Of a stretch of 60,867 nt of DNA, positions 60,595-60,867 are shown piece after piece; position 1 is the first letter of the stretch, and each line of letters starts with the position of its first letter. A model generated the notes under the pieces. It was not told where the DNA came from, ran no database searches, and saw only the letters and a program-made list of their open reading frames with translations. Source of the DNA: Chiloscyllium plagiosum (Eukaryota); assembly GCF_004010195.1 (NCBI RefSeq), contig NC_057719.1:11541047-11601913 (forward strand). The letters run 5' to 3'. A program made the position numbers and the translations under genes.

Positions 60595-60867
60595 AATGCG
60601 TCAGAATTTACAGAGGGCCCAGGGAGTATGTCAGTATTTACAGGCGGTCCTGGGGTGTGTGTTAGTATTTACAGGGGGCCCTGGGCAGTGTGTCAGTATT
60701 TACAGGGGTCAAGGGAGTGTGTCAGTATTTACCCGGGGTCCTGGGGAGTGTGTCGGTATTTCCAGAGGTCCCAGAGAGTGTGTCAGTATTTACAGGGGGG
60801 TCCTGGGAGTGTGTCAGTATTTACAGGGGTCCCAGAGAGTGTGTCAGTATTTACAGGGGTTCTGGGG
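60595..60867. repeat. Minisatellite, unit about 30-32 bp, runs off the window end
   Basis: GTGTGTCAGTATTTACAGGGG.TCC unit about 9 times. Confidence 0.9.

Noticed and set aside
60595..60867. CRISPR-like repeat/spacer look
   Set aside because: Linkers are about 10 bp and related to each other, there are no cas genes, and the context is vertebrate; it is a minisatellite

Overview
This is eukaryotic, repeat-dominated intronic or intergenic DNA from an elasmobranch. The HE1-type SINEs and CR1/HER1-type LINEs indicate a shark; a carpet/bamboo shark is a guess. I found no intact, identifiable cellular gene; one weak candidate exon lies at about 19.5-19.7 kb. The window holds many HE1 (V-SINE) copies, two other tRNA-derived SINE types, many CR1 3' fragments and one near full-length CR1 with an esterase ORF1. 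It also holds a Rex1/Babar fragment, a Tigger-like MITE, a two-LTR Gypsy element with Gmr1-type order (PR-IN-RT-RH) inside a four-level nested stack, and a second, internally deleted Gypsy. The main signal is about 20 short Penelope-like-element (PLE) derived insertions from at least 5 sequence families. Most carry an intact or decayed minimal type I hammerhead ribozyme (stem I-CUGAnGA-N-stem II-GAA-palindromic ACGU/AGCU-H-stem I), and the stems covary between families. They are often arranged as inverted-repeat hairpins with 12-16 bp target-site duplications. Several locally templated insertions are also visible, including a 284-bp copy of flanking DNA inside a Penelope. Coordinates of decayed repeats are approximate and all calls were made by eye.
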